Shown: in pieces, positions 1 through 12,753 of the stretch | Position numbering within the stretch: the first letter of the stretch is position 1 | How the letters are laid out: each line of letters begins with the position of its first letter | From: Squalus acanthias | Taxonomy: Eukaryota | NCBI GenBank assembly: GCA_030390025.1 | Contig: CM059431.1 | Span: 109,246,001-109,310,000 of the forward strand | DNA length: 64,000 bases | Direction: 5' to 3' | Notes under the pieces: model-generated | What the model was told of the DNA's origin: nothing | What the model saw: the letters and a program-made list of their open reading frames with translations, nothing else | Databases searched by the model: none | Translations under genes and position numbers: made by a program

Positions 1-1354
1 TGTAACTCACCAATGGAAAGTTACCACAGAGCTTGTCCCAAACCACTTGGAGCACAATAAAGTGAGGATGGAAAGTTTTAGAAATGTCTGTGATAGTGCT
101 GCCACTGGAAATGTTCCAATATTCAAGAGGCTGAAAGATAGCAATAACCTATCTCACAACCCAGTTTCAGAAATGTTGCCAGGTGATGCATTTATTCTTG
201 CTGTTATCAACCCTGGCTTATATATAGCTGCCAACTCGGCCTGGCTGAGATAGCCAGAGGTTGCCTCGGCTTACAACCTTGAACAAGATCTGTGAAAACT
301 GACTGCTCTGGAAGAGGTAAACAGCACTGGTTTGACGAAGGTGAAACCGTCAACATGTGCAGGTTCCCCCTTGCTTGGAGTCCTTTTGGTGCTGATACAA
401 AATGCACAGATCTTGTTTTACTGCCATCAACCGAATCCGCTGAGGTCAGGTAGCAGGCTAATTGTATGCGGGGAAAAATAGGATAAAATTTGAAACACTG
501 CCACGTAGAGTATTACGCAAAGGGGATGCATATTGGCAATTCAGGCATGGGCGGGGCAGTACACCCTGCACAATCTCCCACCCGTTATCAATTCATAACC
601 AGAATATTGGGTGGGATGCACTGACGTCCATGTCCAACTTCTCAGTATGTGCTTCTATTGCAAAAGGGAGCACTAATTTGTAAAAAATCTATCCCTTAAC
701 TGTTAGGTACAAGTGTATGTATTACGGGGTAGTGACCGTTTGCCGATTTCTATCAAGCTCCAAGGTGTCTTCTCCTGCAATGCAATGCACCTTCTGGGGT
801 TGTAAATATGTGAAGACACTAAGCAGCCATGCTGTGGAAAGTGAATGAGTACATGAGGAGCTGTTGACCTACAACTCGACATTAACCCTAACGATAGGCA
901 GGACTCCATTGCCAAGCAAAGGATCGCATTTAAGTGTTTGGGTTGGAAAAATTAATCAGGGTCGGAACGCACATGAAGATTGTGCGTCACGCTGCCAGCT
1001 GTTTTGGTGGAGAGGGCAACAGCTGGAATACTCAAGCCTGTGTCCAGCAGCGCTGTCCACAGAAAGACAACAGTACCTGAAGTCAAACACTTTGCATGTG
1101 TGGAGCCCAATAATATCTCATCAGCATTTAGTGATGAGGTAACCACACTGGACTGTTTACAGTTGTCTGTTTTATTACATACAAGCAAGGAAATAGATAA
1201 TATAAGGGGGGGAGGGGGAGGTGATATTCAATTTGGACGGGTACACAAAACGGACGATATTGCACTTGTTATATGCCTGTTATATGCCCAGTCCAAAATT
1301 CAGTTCCATTCATGTTGGGATGGGGCGTATAACTTTTAATTTGTGCCACATTAA

Positions 1355-3125
1355 TGGCTGAATTTTGCTGGCGCTCAGCGCGCAGGTTTGGAGGTGGGTC
1401 TGCTGTCAAAATCACCAAGATTGACAGCGGGTCAGTATCCCGTTGTAAACCCGCCTTTTTGTCAGTTTCCCAAGCGTCGGGCATGTCATCCCTGAACAGA
1501 CCCGACACCGTCAGCCAATTTAGATAGTTAAAAGCTTATTAAAAGGCAGTTAAGAACTATTTTCCCATGTACTTATCATTTTACCAGGTTTTCAACGAGG
1601 TTCCCGGAGAGTGGTTATCACGTCAGTTAATTATGTCGGGTTCTCAATGACTGTGGATTGCTGTGAATGGGTGAAAGCTGAAAAAGTGGTATAAAACCTA
1701 CCATTTCACAGCTGGTCACTTCCCAATCTTAGAAGCTGGAGCATTAATGATTTGGAACCAACTTTTGAGCTTTATGCACTTTTGAAATGTTTGGAGTAAT
1801 CTCTCTATCCACTGTCACCTCCCTGGAACAACCTATCTCAACATTGACAGATTACTTCTGTCATCTCAACCTCACCTGCCATCGATTCCATCTGTATCGG
1901 TGTCTGTGAAAAAATCTCACCTCGGTCCTCAGATCAGCCCCAACACCAGCATCACCGGGCACACCAGCAGCACCAACATCCATGCCAACCTTCTCCGCAA
2001 TCAACTGATGCTGCACTGGACACAGGGCATCATCACCTGTGCACATTGCTGCCCGGGACGCCAGAGATGACCTCACCATGACCAGAATTGCTTCACTTAA
2101 CACTGAACACCCTGGCTGCCACATGATGCACCAGGTTGGCACCACCCCACACCAGCACCATACAGCATCCCTACAATATCCAAGGCATTCCTTTCACACT
2201 CATCACTATTGGGGGTGGGGGTGGGGCGGGGCGGGGGGGGGAGGCGGTGAACGTTATGTCTCACCATTCACTGCAACTCATTAAGACACTTTCAAAGGTG
2301 CACACAAATCTGTCCAAGAAGGCAAAGTGGTGCCAATAAGGATTACAATGCTTGACAACACATTAACAGAATGTTTACACAAACATTGGCTAAAACACCC
2401 AAGTGCCTACCCTTGTGTGTTGTTAGTTGGTATGATTGGACTAGGATGAGGGTGAGTGTGAGGGGTGGCTAGTGAGATGGGGAAGTGATAATGTCGATAG
2501 AGAGGGATGGGTGGAGGTGCAAGTCAAGTTGGTGTGAGTAAGGATGTGCAGGAGTAGGGTAGGGAAGGCAGAGTGATGGGGATGTGATGAGTGGCACAGC
2601 AGGATGAGGTTGAGTGTGGCTTTGCAGTAACGTTTCGTGATCTACTGAGATCATTGAAAGGTTTGCGCCACTGCAGCCTGGTGCTCCTGATGACATCCCT
2701 GCTTGTGTCCTCCTGTGCAATGTGCAACCAGGCTGCATTGGTTTCCTGGGGAGGTCTCTTCCGCCCATTGGAAGGGAAGAGAACCTCCCTGCGTGCTGTG
2801 ACATGGGAGAGCCTGGGTGCAGCCCTGCACCTTTGTGCAGTTATTGTCAGTGTTTGCAGCACCTCAATGCTGTAGAACACTGACAGCAGAACTGCCAAAA
2901 TCACTTTGGACATGGCCCCTTTAAGGAAACCAGCTGATGACTCGTCCTCAAGTGATGTCATCAGACCCGCTTCCTATTAATTGGCCGGGAACCTCGCAGG
3001 GTGGGGTTAAGAAGCCCAATCAACGGAAAATCTTGTTGGAGGCCGGGATCGAGACAGATGCGAGGTCCCCACACGCCACGGATGTCACCCGCCCCGGACC
3101 GGCCGAGGTTGGAAAAATCCAGCCC
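1355..3125. mobile_element. Non-autonomous (internally deleted) PIF/Harbinger DNA transposon
   Basis: Imperfect TIRs TGGCTGAATTTT (1355) and AAAATCCAGCCC (3125), flanked by TAA on both sides (1352-1354, 3126-3128), the canonical Harbinger TSD. Contains a decayed Myb/SANT-like ORF on the minus strand. The left ~800 bp is homologous to 54949-55745. Confidence 0.8.
2620..2835 (-). pseudogene. Decayed Harbinger Myb/SANT-like DNA-binding protein fragment
   Basis: ORF 2524..2961(-) reads RAAPRLS..ARREVLFPSNGRKRPPQETNAAWLHIAQEDTSRDVIRSTRLQWRKPFNDL, fitting the Myb/SANT-like (trihelix) pattern W..IA..V......R...Q.RK.FNDL. The segment after APR appears deleted. Confidence 0.75.
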
Positions 3126-3214
3126 TAAGTGTGTGAGCTACGGATGGACTTTCAGATTACTTGATCTTGTTATAAGTGGATCAAAGTTTCTCAAAGAAAT
3201 CAATCTTTTAAAAA

Positions 3215-3445
3215 AAAGACTTGCATTTATATAGCACCTTTCACAAGCACCGGACGTCCCAAAGTGCTTTACAGCCAATGAAGTACTTTTTTGAAGTGTA
3301 GTCACTGTTGTAATGTAGGAAACGCGGCAGCCAATTTGCGCACAGCAAGCTCCCACAAACAGCAATATGATAATGACCAGACAATCTGTTTAGTGATGCT
3401 GATTGAGGGGACAACATTGGCCTGGGACTCCTAGAAGAACCCCCC
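3215..3445 (-). mobile_element. DeuSINE (SacSINE1-like), 3' half
   Basis: Matches the 3' half and tail (AAAGGCGCTATATAAATGCAAGTCTTT) of the complete copies, e.g. 36830-37290. Confidence 0.85.
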
Positions 3446-5553
3446 TTCAACGATAACAAGAACAGAGGAATAAATGAAATGCTGCAATAAAATATATATA
3501 AAATCTATACGATTTCAGTTACAAATCTAAGAATGCCGAACTGTAAGTATTCATATACAATATAAAATGTGCTTTCAGCTATTCTCTAAATCAAGACATG
3601 AAAACTATCTGCTGAAGAGGAAATTTTAAGAAGGTTGCACAGCCTTGCCCATCAGGGGTATATATCAGGGATTTGTGCGCCCCACAAACTTCTGTTCGTC
3701 AAATTTAATGGTTGTAAAAGTGGTGGGAGCGCAAGCCCCGTTCCCAATTTGCATTCCCAGTGGGTGAGGCTTTGCTCTGGCCACACAATTTCATACAATT
3801 AGCTGAAATGATTTTCAACGCGCAAGGATATTGTGCACTAATTCCCAATCAGCTCTGATAATTAAGAAATCGCAAGTTCCAAATCACCTTTTTTTAAACT
3901 GAGATTTATTACAGTTTCCCTTTTTTTGGTTTATTTTAACTGAAGTGAAAATACCTCTTTGTGTTCAAGCGTGTAATCAGCTAGCCCTCACAGGAAATAG
4001 AAAGAAAACAGATTTTCGAAATAGAGACAATTAATGTCCCTTTACATTCGAGTTCAACAGGAAATCCTTCCTGATTAATATTGATTGGTTTGAGGCCTTG
4101 TGATTCTGAGACATGTTCTTATAAACAAAAATTATCTTATGTTTATATTCTTTCCTTTTTAATAATTAATGAAATGTAAATAAAGTCAATGGAGTTAACA
4201 GTTTGAAATTGCTAACTATGACAGTATAATCACAGGCAGATGCCGACACAATACTCAGAACCTTTTTTTTGTATAGAAGAAGGTTACAAATTTGCACTCT
4301 TTCCCTCTTCAAAGTCGGAAATAATGGTGCCGGATCCCCTGAGCATTCGCTGTTAGAAACTGTTTGCATATTCAGTTATTGTTTCTGCTGCTCCAGTCAT
4401 CTGCTGAAATTCATTCTAATGTGGCCCTGATCAATTCTGCCAGCTGTGCTTAAGTGCTGTTTACTATAATACCATCACGTTGCATTTTCACTCGCAAACC
4501 AGCCGCCTGACAGCGCCTAAATGCATTTAGGGGATAAAATTAGTCACATCCCCTCGTCAGAATAGAGCTGCTCTCAGCAAATCAGATCTTCGAAAGAAAG
4601 AAAACAATTTTTTTTCTTCGTTTTGATATTTTTTTTTAAAAAAGCCATTCCGACCACAGACAGAAAGCCATTACATAACATGATTTTTTTTTCCAATTTT
4701 CTGTTATGACCTTCAGCAACCTCGCCAAGCCATCCCTCTAGCAGGTTGATTCTGTTCTATTCTTGAACCTTTTATTGTGCATTCGCCTGATGGAAGTTTC
4801 TGCAATCTGACTGCATGATATTTTACAGATAACTGGTCGGCTGATTGCTCAGGTGTTGCTGTCTTGTATTCGAAGATGCACCTTCGTGTAAAGCCACCGG
4901 AAAACCCAGTCTTGGGCTAAGTGTTTACTCGTGTCTCCATGTAAGAAAGACAGAATGAAGAGACAACAGCTTTAGGGTAAAATTGTGAAGTACTACAGCT
5001 GGACTAGTGGTAGGTCTCACCTCTGTCCACTCCAGTATTGTGCTGAAGTGCACTCCTATATGAAGAACATGCAATGAGTACACTCAACGTAACCATACTG
5101 TAAAATTGCACTAGCAGGTATACCCATCAGACTACTTGTCCTGTACTTGCATCAGACATTAAAATGACCCCTTTTCCAGAAGATGATTCAGGTGAAGCAT
5201 TCCACCACAGGTCAGGGGAAAGTAACAGGAAAAAACAAAAGCCAGCTCCCTGCTGGTTTAATTTACTTCCAATCAGCCCAGTTAAGGAGTGAGATGGGCA
5301 GAATCCTGAGAACAGCTCACCCACTCACCGTATCATTATTACGAAAAAAATAATGGGTGCAACAATTTGGGAGGAAACCAAGAGTGAACAGGGACCAGAA
5401 TAATAGCAGAACTTTGTTTTAATGACTTATTTTATTTGACTATAAATGGCTCTAAGTAAGTAATAGCCATTATGCATATGTTATAAATTACAGAGATCAG
5501 CTTTGCATCTTGCCATCTCCCAAAACATGCATTTCAAAATCGGGTTTGAGAAG

Positions 5554-5810
5554 CAACAACAACAACAACTTGTATTTATATAGCGCCGTTAACGTAGTAA
5601 AATGTTCCAAGGCGCTGCACAGCAGTATAAAAAGACAAAAAATTTGACACCGAGTCACATAAGGATAAATTAGGGCAGGTGACCAAAAGCTTGGTCAACG
5701 AGGTAGGTTTTAAGGAGCATCTTAAAGGAGGAAAGAGAGGTAGTTAGGCAGAGAGGTTTAGGCAGGGAATTCCAGAGCCTGGGGCCTAGGCAACAGAAGG
5801 CACGGCCAAC
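5554..5810 (-). mobile_element. L2 LINE 3' end fragment
   Basis: (GTT)n tail and AAAGGCGCTATATAAAT-like terminus, LWNSLP-type coding remnant; homologous to 29365-29742 and 51055-51223. Confidence 0.8.
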
Positions 5811-6803
5811 TGAAACGTGCTGATCCTTCCCAATACTTTAAATTGCATTAACGTACTTCCTTTAAAAAAAATTCTAATAAATATCATGACATGTTCAAGG
5901 CATTCTGACATAATGTACTCCTCCACATCACATTCCAATAACTAAGAAGCACTAGAGAAATGACAGGATGATGGATACCATGACAGATAATTCCAATATG
6001 GCACCATTTTACTTGATCAATATCTCCCTGCAATATCAGAAATAAAGGTTCGTCTGCATGGTGCGTTACTGATGAGGTGCGTTTCAGTCATGCTGAACTG
6101 AAGTTATAATTCAGCTCTGTTCTCTCTCTCCCTCGCCTTCAATTATTCAATACACTGGTATGTTTAACCCAACATCTTTTTCACTGTCATTCTGGCAATT
6201 TAGTAACACATGTCTGTGTGTGATTATCAATACATATACAGTAATATTCCCAGGGTACTCATTGGTAACACTTGAATAACTAATATACAAACACAGAAAA
6301 GTGGCCACCATATTAGAAACGCAAAGATTACCTTTTGGCATGAAGGGCTGAGAAGAGATTTGTGATTATTATGTGGGAGCTTTCTCACCAGTGTCTCTCT
6401 AACAATCCATTTCCATTGCACACTGATACTGGATCAACTCTAATGAGGTTGACACAGTGCTGTCTTCCTAATGAGGCAGGTTTTATTCAATGGTTTCTAT
6501 CCAAACAGATTTTGCCCTTCAGAAATTTTGCACTGATTATTGCTGCTGTATCTTTTAATTTTAACAAGAATTTCCTGCACTATTCAAATTAAGCAAATCA
6601 CTGAAATCCAAATAGTCACCACAGCTAGTCCGATGTTCATTTGATGCTCCTTTTTAAAGGTTAGTTCTTTTCCACTGGATCTACTTGGTCTGTGCTTTTA
6701 AAAGCAAAGGATTCGGGGTAACTCCATTTACGGTTTAATGTCCTGATCATCTGTACATCTTGTACAACATTTTACCTTTTTTTTTGTAATAAAATGCAGT
6801 ATT

Positions 6804-6966
6804 GGCCTTGAAATTACAGCATGGAAAACTAGTGTCCAAACGTCTAACATGGCCGTATGAAATTTCTTCCTCTGTTATGTTAATAAAGGTGTTAACCCAT
6901 TTGAAATAAATAGGTCAACATGTTAAACATTTGTACTGTAGCTTCCCACGGTGTCATTTCAGGGCC
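6804..6966. mobile_element. Short palindromic MITE (Harbinger-like)
   Basis: The left end GGCCTTGAAATTACAGCATGGAAAACTA matches the reverse complement of the right end, GGCCCTGAAATGACACCGTGGGAAGCTA. Flanks are ATT/ATA. Confidence 0.6.
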
Positions 6967-8054
6967 ATAATCTTTAAAAAAAAAACACATCAATTTGTAT
7001 TACGTTCAAAGTAATGTGTTATCATTGCTGTGGATGAATTTATTGTATAGACAATGAGAATATAACATTGACTGGTTCTGATCAATAGGTACTAGCCCTA
7101 GAAAGCAGATGGAAACTCAAAGCTGAAGTATTTGGATTAATTCAATGAATTTGTTTTAGTTGCCCGAATATTGAAATGCGATTTTATAAATTTGAGAGAA
7201 ATTTATGAGCAAAAAAATACTTTCTATAACACATATTTTAAAAACAAACTCATCATCGACAAGGTCTCCAAGATCAACACAGCAGCTTCTGATTTAATGA
7301 GACGCTCAGTACGCAGACAAACACACCCTAAAGCTTTTAATTGAAATATTGTGTGATGGTGATGTGTAAAAATATCCAAAGCTGACTCACAAACAGGAAA
7401 GTGGCAATCTGAGTAGCTCATGTTTCAGGCAGTCTGGTCACGTGATCAGATCTGTCCGAAGCCTTAGCCGGTACAAAGGCACAAATTAGTTAACTCTGCC
7501 AGCTTGTGAATTTGAAAGATGAATATAAAATGAATAAAGGCGATGTATAAACTGCTTTACATTTAAAAAAATGTTCAACAGTATTTTTACCACATTGCAA
7601 TTTCTGGTCAAACTAGCATTCACTTGACCTGCTCCTCTGCCAGCTGCCAGCCAATAATTGGTTGTGAGGAGCTTTGCAAGAGCAACCAAGAGTGACTTTC
7701 CCTCCCAAGTATTCCTCCTTACTGCTTCTACTGGGATCTCCCTGTAAAGGCACAGTTGAAGTGAGGAAGTGATGTGAGGGACTATGAGCCTGTGACCCAC
7801 CGTGTCCATGCTACAGCATGTTGGGCCTCCAACACGCAACAATGCCCCAGACAACCGTTCTTAATACAAGGTGGAGGGGGAAGATCTCTTTGGTTTACTA
7901 TCTGATGCAAAATCATAAACACATGTTTAAAGATTTTTTTTGCAGTGCTTATGTTAAATGTTATCCTAGTTTTAGCAGTTCCAATTGAAAACATTCCATG
8001 GAAACAATGATGTTTCAATGTACTGAGTTCTTTGTAATAAACTGTCCTCGAACT

Positions 8055-8479
8055 TTTTTTTTCATTCGTTCCTGGGATGTGGGTGTCGCTGGCAAGGCCA
8101 GCATTTATTGCCCATCCCTAATTGTCCTCGAGAAGGTGGTGGTGAGCTGCCTTTTTGAATACAACTGAGTGGCTTGCTAGGCCATTTCTGAGGGCAGTTA
8201 AGAGTCAACCACATTGCTGTGGGTCTTGAGCCACATATAGGCCAGACCGGGTAAGGGCAGCAGATTTCCTTCCCTGAAGGACATTAATGAACCAGATGGG
8301 TTTTTACAGCAATCCAGTAGTTTCATGGTCACCATTACTGATACTAGCTTTTTTTTATTCCAGATTTATTTATTTAATTCCCCATGGTGGGTATTTGAAC
8401 TCGTGTCTCTGGATCATTAATCTAGGACCTCTGGATTACTAGTCCAGTAACATAACCACTATGCTACCATACCCACTAA
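8055..8479 (-). mobile_element. Second tRNA-derived SINE family, near full length
   Basis: The minus strand starts with a tRNA-like head (GGTAGCATAGTGGTTA...GAGTTCAAAT; A/B-box-like). The 3' ~100 bp and poly-A are near-identical to the 3' end of the LINE at 59088-59585. Possible TSD CGAACT (8049-8054, 8480-8485). Second copy at 54690-54948. Confidence 0.75.
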
Positions 8480-8789
8480 CGAACTATTGGGACAGTTAAA
8501 ATTTTAATGTCACACAATTTTACTAAAAGTTATTCAATGATAAAATATTTTGCTAGGTTATTAGTCAAGAAGTAGTATACTACCCTAATTTATTCTCGGT
8601 TCGCCTATTTTTCCATGTGTTCGTAGTAGGAAAAACTCACAGTTCGGGAGAATTACCATTTTTCTCCCTTTCCTTTCTCAAGGAGCTGACTCTGGCCGGA
8701 GCGCACAGTGCATTGGGTGAAAGAGTCTTCAGGCTTGGATACTGTATTCTCCGTTTCTTTTCTGCTGCCATTTTCCTCCTTCTCTGACA

Positions 8790-9230
8790 GGGCTGCGATA
8801 TGATTCAGCTCAAAGGTTGGGGGGATGAGAGGAGGGAGGATGCCTCAGCGAGAAACTCAAGAGTGGGGCTCGGAGAGGCAGTCGGGAACAAAGAGAGGCC
8901 AGACGGGGTGGAACAAGGTGAGGTGCTCGGAGGTGGAGAAGGTACCAGAGGAGCAGGGGGAAGAGACAAAAGAGCGATTTGGTAATCAGGGCCACACCGT
9001 CGCTGTGCCGGTATGGACGGGGCAGGTGATAGAAAGTATAGCTGGGTGGGGAGGCTTCAGTAAGGGGCAAGGTGTCACCAACCATGAGACAAGTTTCAAT
9101 CAAAGCCAGGATGCCAAATGCAATCATCCATATATGGGTCGTGGATGCCAAGGGCCTTATTCATGAGTGAATGGACATTCCGGAGGGAAATGCAGAGAGG
9201 GGCAGTGATAGTTGAACCACTGACAGAGTC
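8790..9230 (-). mobile_element. L2-type LINE ORF2 apurinic endonuclease domain fragment
   Basis: ORF 8810..9151(-): ILALIETCL..GDTLPLTEASPPSYTFYHLPRPYRHSDGVALITK resembles the LINE EN motifs (ILALTETWL...PPGY..R...RGGGVALI). Degenerate. Confidence 0.75.
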
Positions 9231-9973
9231 CAAGGGGGCATTTGTATATTTGAATTTGGATCATTTGGCTCCACTGCAAAAGGAATATTGAATTTCAAAG
9301 CAAATCATACAGTACAGCGTTGGTATAAATGTTTTCCTATGTCTGGTTGGACAGTCTGAAAAACTGTAGGAACAAGCATGAAGAGAAATGTATTGTTCCT
9401 TTGTATAACAAGCTTTTTATTGTGCTATGGGTGGGGAAATTGAGTATAAAAGACAGTGTGATTTCTGCAGAGGTATGAAAAGGGCTTAATGGGAAAGATG
9501 GAAGAAGAGAAGATGATCATTTGGTATTTAAAAGCTGGAGAATCCAGCAAAAAAAAGTGGTGGCAGAGCAAAGCAGCTGACTTGTAAGTACAAGACAGTG
9601 AGGGGACCACCATGGGTCTGGTAGAGGTAGGGGAACAGTATCATGTGTCGCATTGCTCACTAGAAACAACAATATTTTCTTCAGATGTGGCTCCAGAGGA
9701 GCTGCACTGTTAGAGGACTCGACCAAGTCGGAGAACAATCCCCCCGAGGACTGTGATCCTGTTTCTAGTTAAGTACACGCTAATGACAAGAAGACAGCAT
9801 TACAAAGTAATTGTGGTCAGAATAACATAGCATTTCCATCAACTTGGAGTTCTGTTTGGACAAAGCTACTCTCTTGTTTTCTTTGGGATGAAGTGAAAAT
9901 TTAGGAGTTAAGACTATTTGAAAAATCACATCTTTGATATATCCTATGCCAAAGAGCATTTTTTTTGAAATGT

Positions 9974-10355
9974 CTTTGATAGAGGTGTTCAAAAATCATG
10001 AGGGGTTTTGATAGAATAAATAAGGAGAAACTGTTTCCAGTGGCAGGAGGGTTGGTAAGCAGAGGACACAGATTTAAGGTGATTGGCAAAAGAACCAAAG
10101 GCGACATGAGGGGAAACTTTTTTTAACGCAGCGAGTTGTTATGATCCGGAATGCGCTGCCTGAAAGAGCGGTGGAAGCAGATTCAATAGTAACTTTCAAA
10201 AGGGAATGGAATAAATACTTGGAAGGGGAAAAATTTGCAGGGCTACGGGGAAAGAGCTGGGGAATGGGACTAATTGGATCGCTCTACCAAACAGCCAGCA
10301 CAGGCACGATGAGCCGAATGGCCTCCTTCTGTGCTGTATCGTTCTGTGATTCTAT
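9974..10355 (+). mobile_element. CR1 LINE 3' fragment
   Basis: LIEVFKIMRGFDR...NALPERAVEADSIVTFKRE remnant, ending in the (ATTCTRTG)n CR1 tail. Confidence 0.85.
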
Positions 10356-11907
10356 GGTGTCATTTGCACCACAATTCTTGCTGGAAACACAATTTGAAGA
10401 TTTGGGAGATTCCCTGTAATTTATATGTGGTCTGTGTGGTCTATTTATCTTCACATTCTTTAGCGGTCCTCGTCTCATTATTTATAGTTTTATTTTGGAA
10501 GGAGAAGTTCCTGGTAGAATTATTTTTCTAAACATAAAACCCAAACAGTAGGGAAATCTTCTGGGAGGTTTATTTGCCAATATTTTGCCTCCCTTAGGAC
10601 TTGTTTTAAAATTCCCATTGTGTGGGTCTCAGGGTTCCAGATTCAAAGAGCTTGCAGAGAAATCCATTGCATAGGTCTTTGGAAAAAGGAAGTTTTTCGG
10701 TATGTCTGTGGGTTTTTTTTTATTGCTTGATTTCCATAATTAACAAAAATGTTGGCAGTACTTTCCCCAGCACAGCCCATTATCTGAAACCCTCCAGCTT
10801 CCTCATAGGTGCATTTCTGATTGTCTGCAAATTGCATTTCTTTCCGTCTCACGCATGGGAATACATGCCAAGAAACTTTTCCAGACAAACTATGCAAATT
10901 AACACACTTTATCTGACATTTGAGTATTTTGTGCTCATCAGTCTCTAATCAAACACTAGCAAGTTTGTCGCAGAAGGAAAAAGCAATTCTTTTAATAGCA
11001 TTAAACGAACCATGAGGATTCACTACTTAATGGTTCCTTTACCAGTCACAGCTGTGTCTGTGTAGCTCTGCTGCTGTGCTGCTGCGCAAATTTGTTTTCT
11101 TGGGAGACCAGATAGATGAGAATTCCGAATTCTTTGGCTATTTATGCGACATACATACACATGCCACAGCTCAACATGTGAAGACATTGGCTTCCTAGTT
11201 TGGTTTGTGTTTCCCAACACACATAAATATAATATAATGTACTTCATATTTACTCATTTAAATGTGTGTATTTTTTAAAGGACCATTAACTGCATTTACT
11301 TGCTAATTGAATCGTGGATTAAGTGGTGCACTGCGTTAAACCAGAACTAATTTTTTTAGCCAATAATATGGATTTTTTTTCGATGTTGAATCCTTCAAAA
11401 TTTTGGTTAATCTGTATCTTTGGGGCTCGCGGGGTGTGGGGGGGGGCGGGGTGCGGTTGGGAGATGGGGGCTCGGGACCGGGGGGTGAGGGATCGGGGGG
11501 TGAGGGACCGGGAGTCGGGCATTCCACAGGGCTGGTTTCCCTCAGTTCATGCCTCAGGGCAAACCATCCTTTGCAGTGGGTGCCTCATGCAAGTGTTAGA
11601 CGCCTAATTTGCATACACAAAGAGCCTAATCCCTGTTTCAGGCGTGGCAAAAGGATGCTTCTCGTTTGTCCTTACCCAATATGGTGGGCGACGCACTTCA
11701 GGCCAGATGTGGGTGCACGCTTCCTGCCCAACATTCTGGGGCCTTAGTAGGCCAAGTAGTGCCTGAAAAATACGCAACCCAATTTCTGGACCTATAAATT
11801 AGTAATTAGGTTCTGATCTGATTTCTTGAGAACATTAATGCTCCTTCCAAGAGGCCTTCTCATACTGGCCAGAGTTTGCACTGGACGCAGTATAACTGGA
11901 TCCTTAA

Positions 11908-12369
11908 AAAGAAAGACTTACATTTATATAGCGCCTTTCACGACCACCGGACGTCTCAAAGCGCTTTACAGCCAATGAAGTACTTTTGGAGTGTAGTCAC
12001 TAATGTAATGTAGGAAACACGGCAGCCAATTTGCACTCAGCAAGCTCCCACAAACAGCAATGTTGATAATGACCAGATATTCTGTTTTAGTGATGTTGAT
12101 TGAGGGATAAATATTGGCCAGGACAATGGGGATAACTCCCCTGCTCTTCTTTGAAATAGGGCGATGGGATCTTTTACGTCCACCTGAGAGAGCAGACGGG
12201 GCCTCGGTTTAACGTCTCATCCAAAAGACGACATTTCCGCGCTCCCTCAGCACTGCATTGGAGTGTCAGCCTAGATTTTTGTGCTCAAGTCCCATGGAGT
12301 GGGACTATGAACCCACAATCTTCTGCCTCAGAAGCCAGTGTGCTACCAACTGAGCCACAGCTAACACTT
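11908..12369 (-). mobile_element. DeuSINE (SacSINE1-like), full length
   Basis: tRNA-like head, Deu-domain motif GATGAGACGTTAAACCGAGGCC...GTAAAAGATCCCAT, and L2-like tail. Confidence 0.85.
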
Positions 12370-12509
12370 CAGGTGACAATTACAGGCTAATAGATGTTTA
12401 CAATTAGTATTTCTTTAAATAATGATAGTTTTTGTCGTAGTATGGAACTTTAGTTTAGCTGAAAAATATGGAGGCAATAGGAGGCAAAGCTCGAGGCCAG
12501 CAAGAAAGA

Positions 12510-12750
12510 AACAGCAAACTTCCTTTTATATACTGCCCCATGACACCTCTCAAATGCCCCAAAGCACTTCACATACAATGAAGTGGAATCGCTGTCACTG
12601 TTATGCATTGTAATGTGCCAGTCATTTTGTACAAAGCAAAGTTCCATAAATAACAACGAGAGGAATAACCAGTTCTTGGTAGTAATGTTTTTGGAGGAGG
12701 AATGTTGGCCAGGACACTCGGAGAATTCCCTGTTCTTCTCTCAAAAATGG
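12510..12750 (-). mobile_element. Diverged DeuSINE, 3' part, interrupted by the MITE/satellite
   Basis: Degenerate match up to GGCCAGGACAC..CCCTGTTCTTC. The SINE resumes at 24154 (TTGGGATCTTTTAC...GTTTAATGTCTCATC). Confidence 0.7.
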
Positions 12751-12753
12751 GAA

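Noticed and set aside
1..1340. Unique sequence with several short ORFs
   Set aside because: No recognisable domain in the frames I read, no ORF above 120 aa, and no convincing exon structure.
4829..4940. Exon-like segment (TTTTACAG...GTAAGA) on the plus strand
   Set aside because: Stop codons in all three frames and no other support.
11220..11792. Possible decayed Harbinger-like MITE with a G-rich 14-bp mini-repeat (GGGACCGGGGGTGA)
   Set aside because: Only a right-end-like AATTTCTGGACC is visible; the left end and TSD cannot be resolved.
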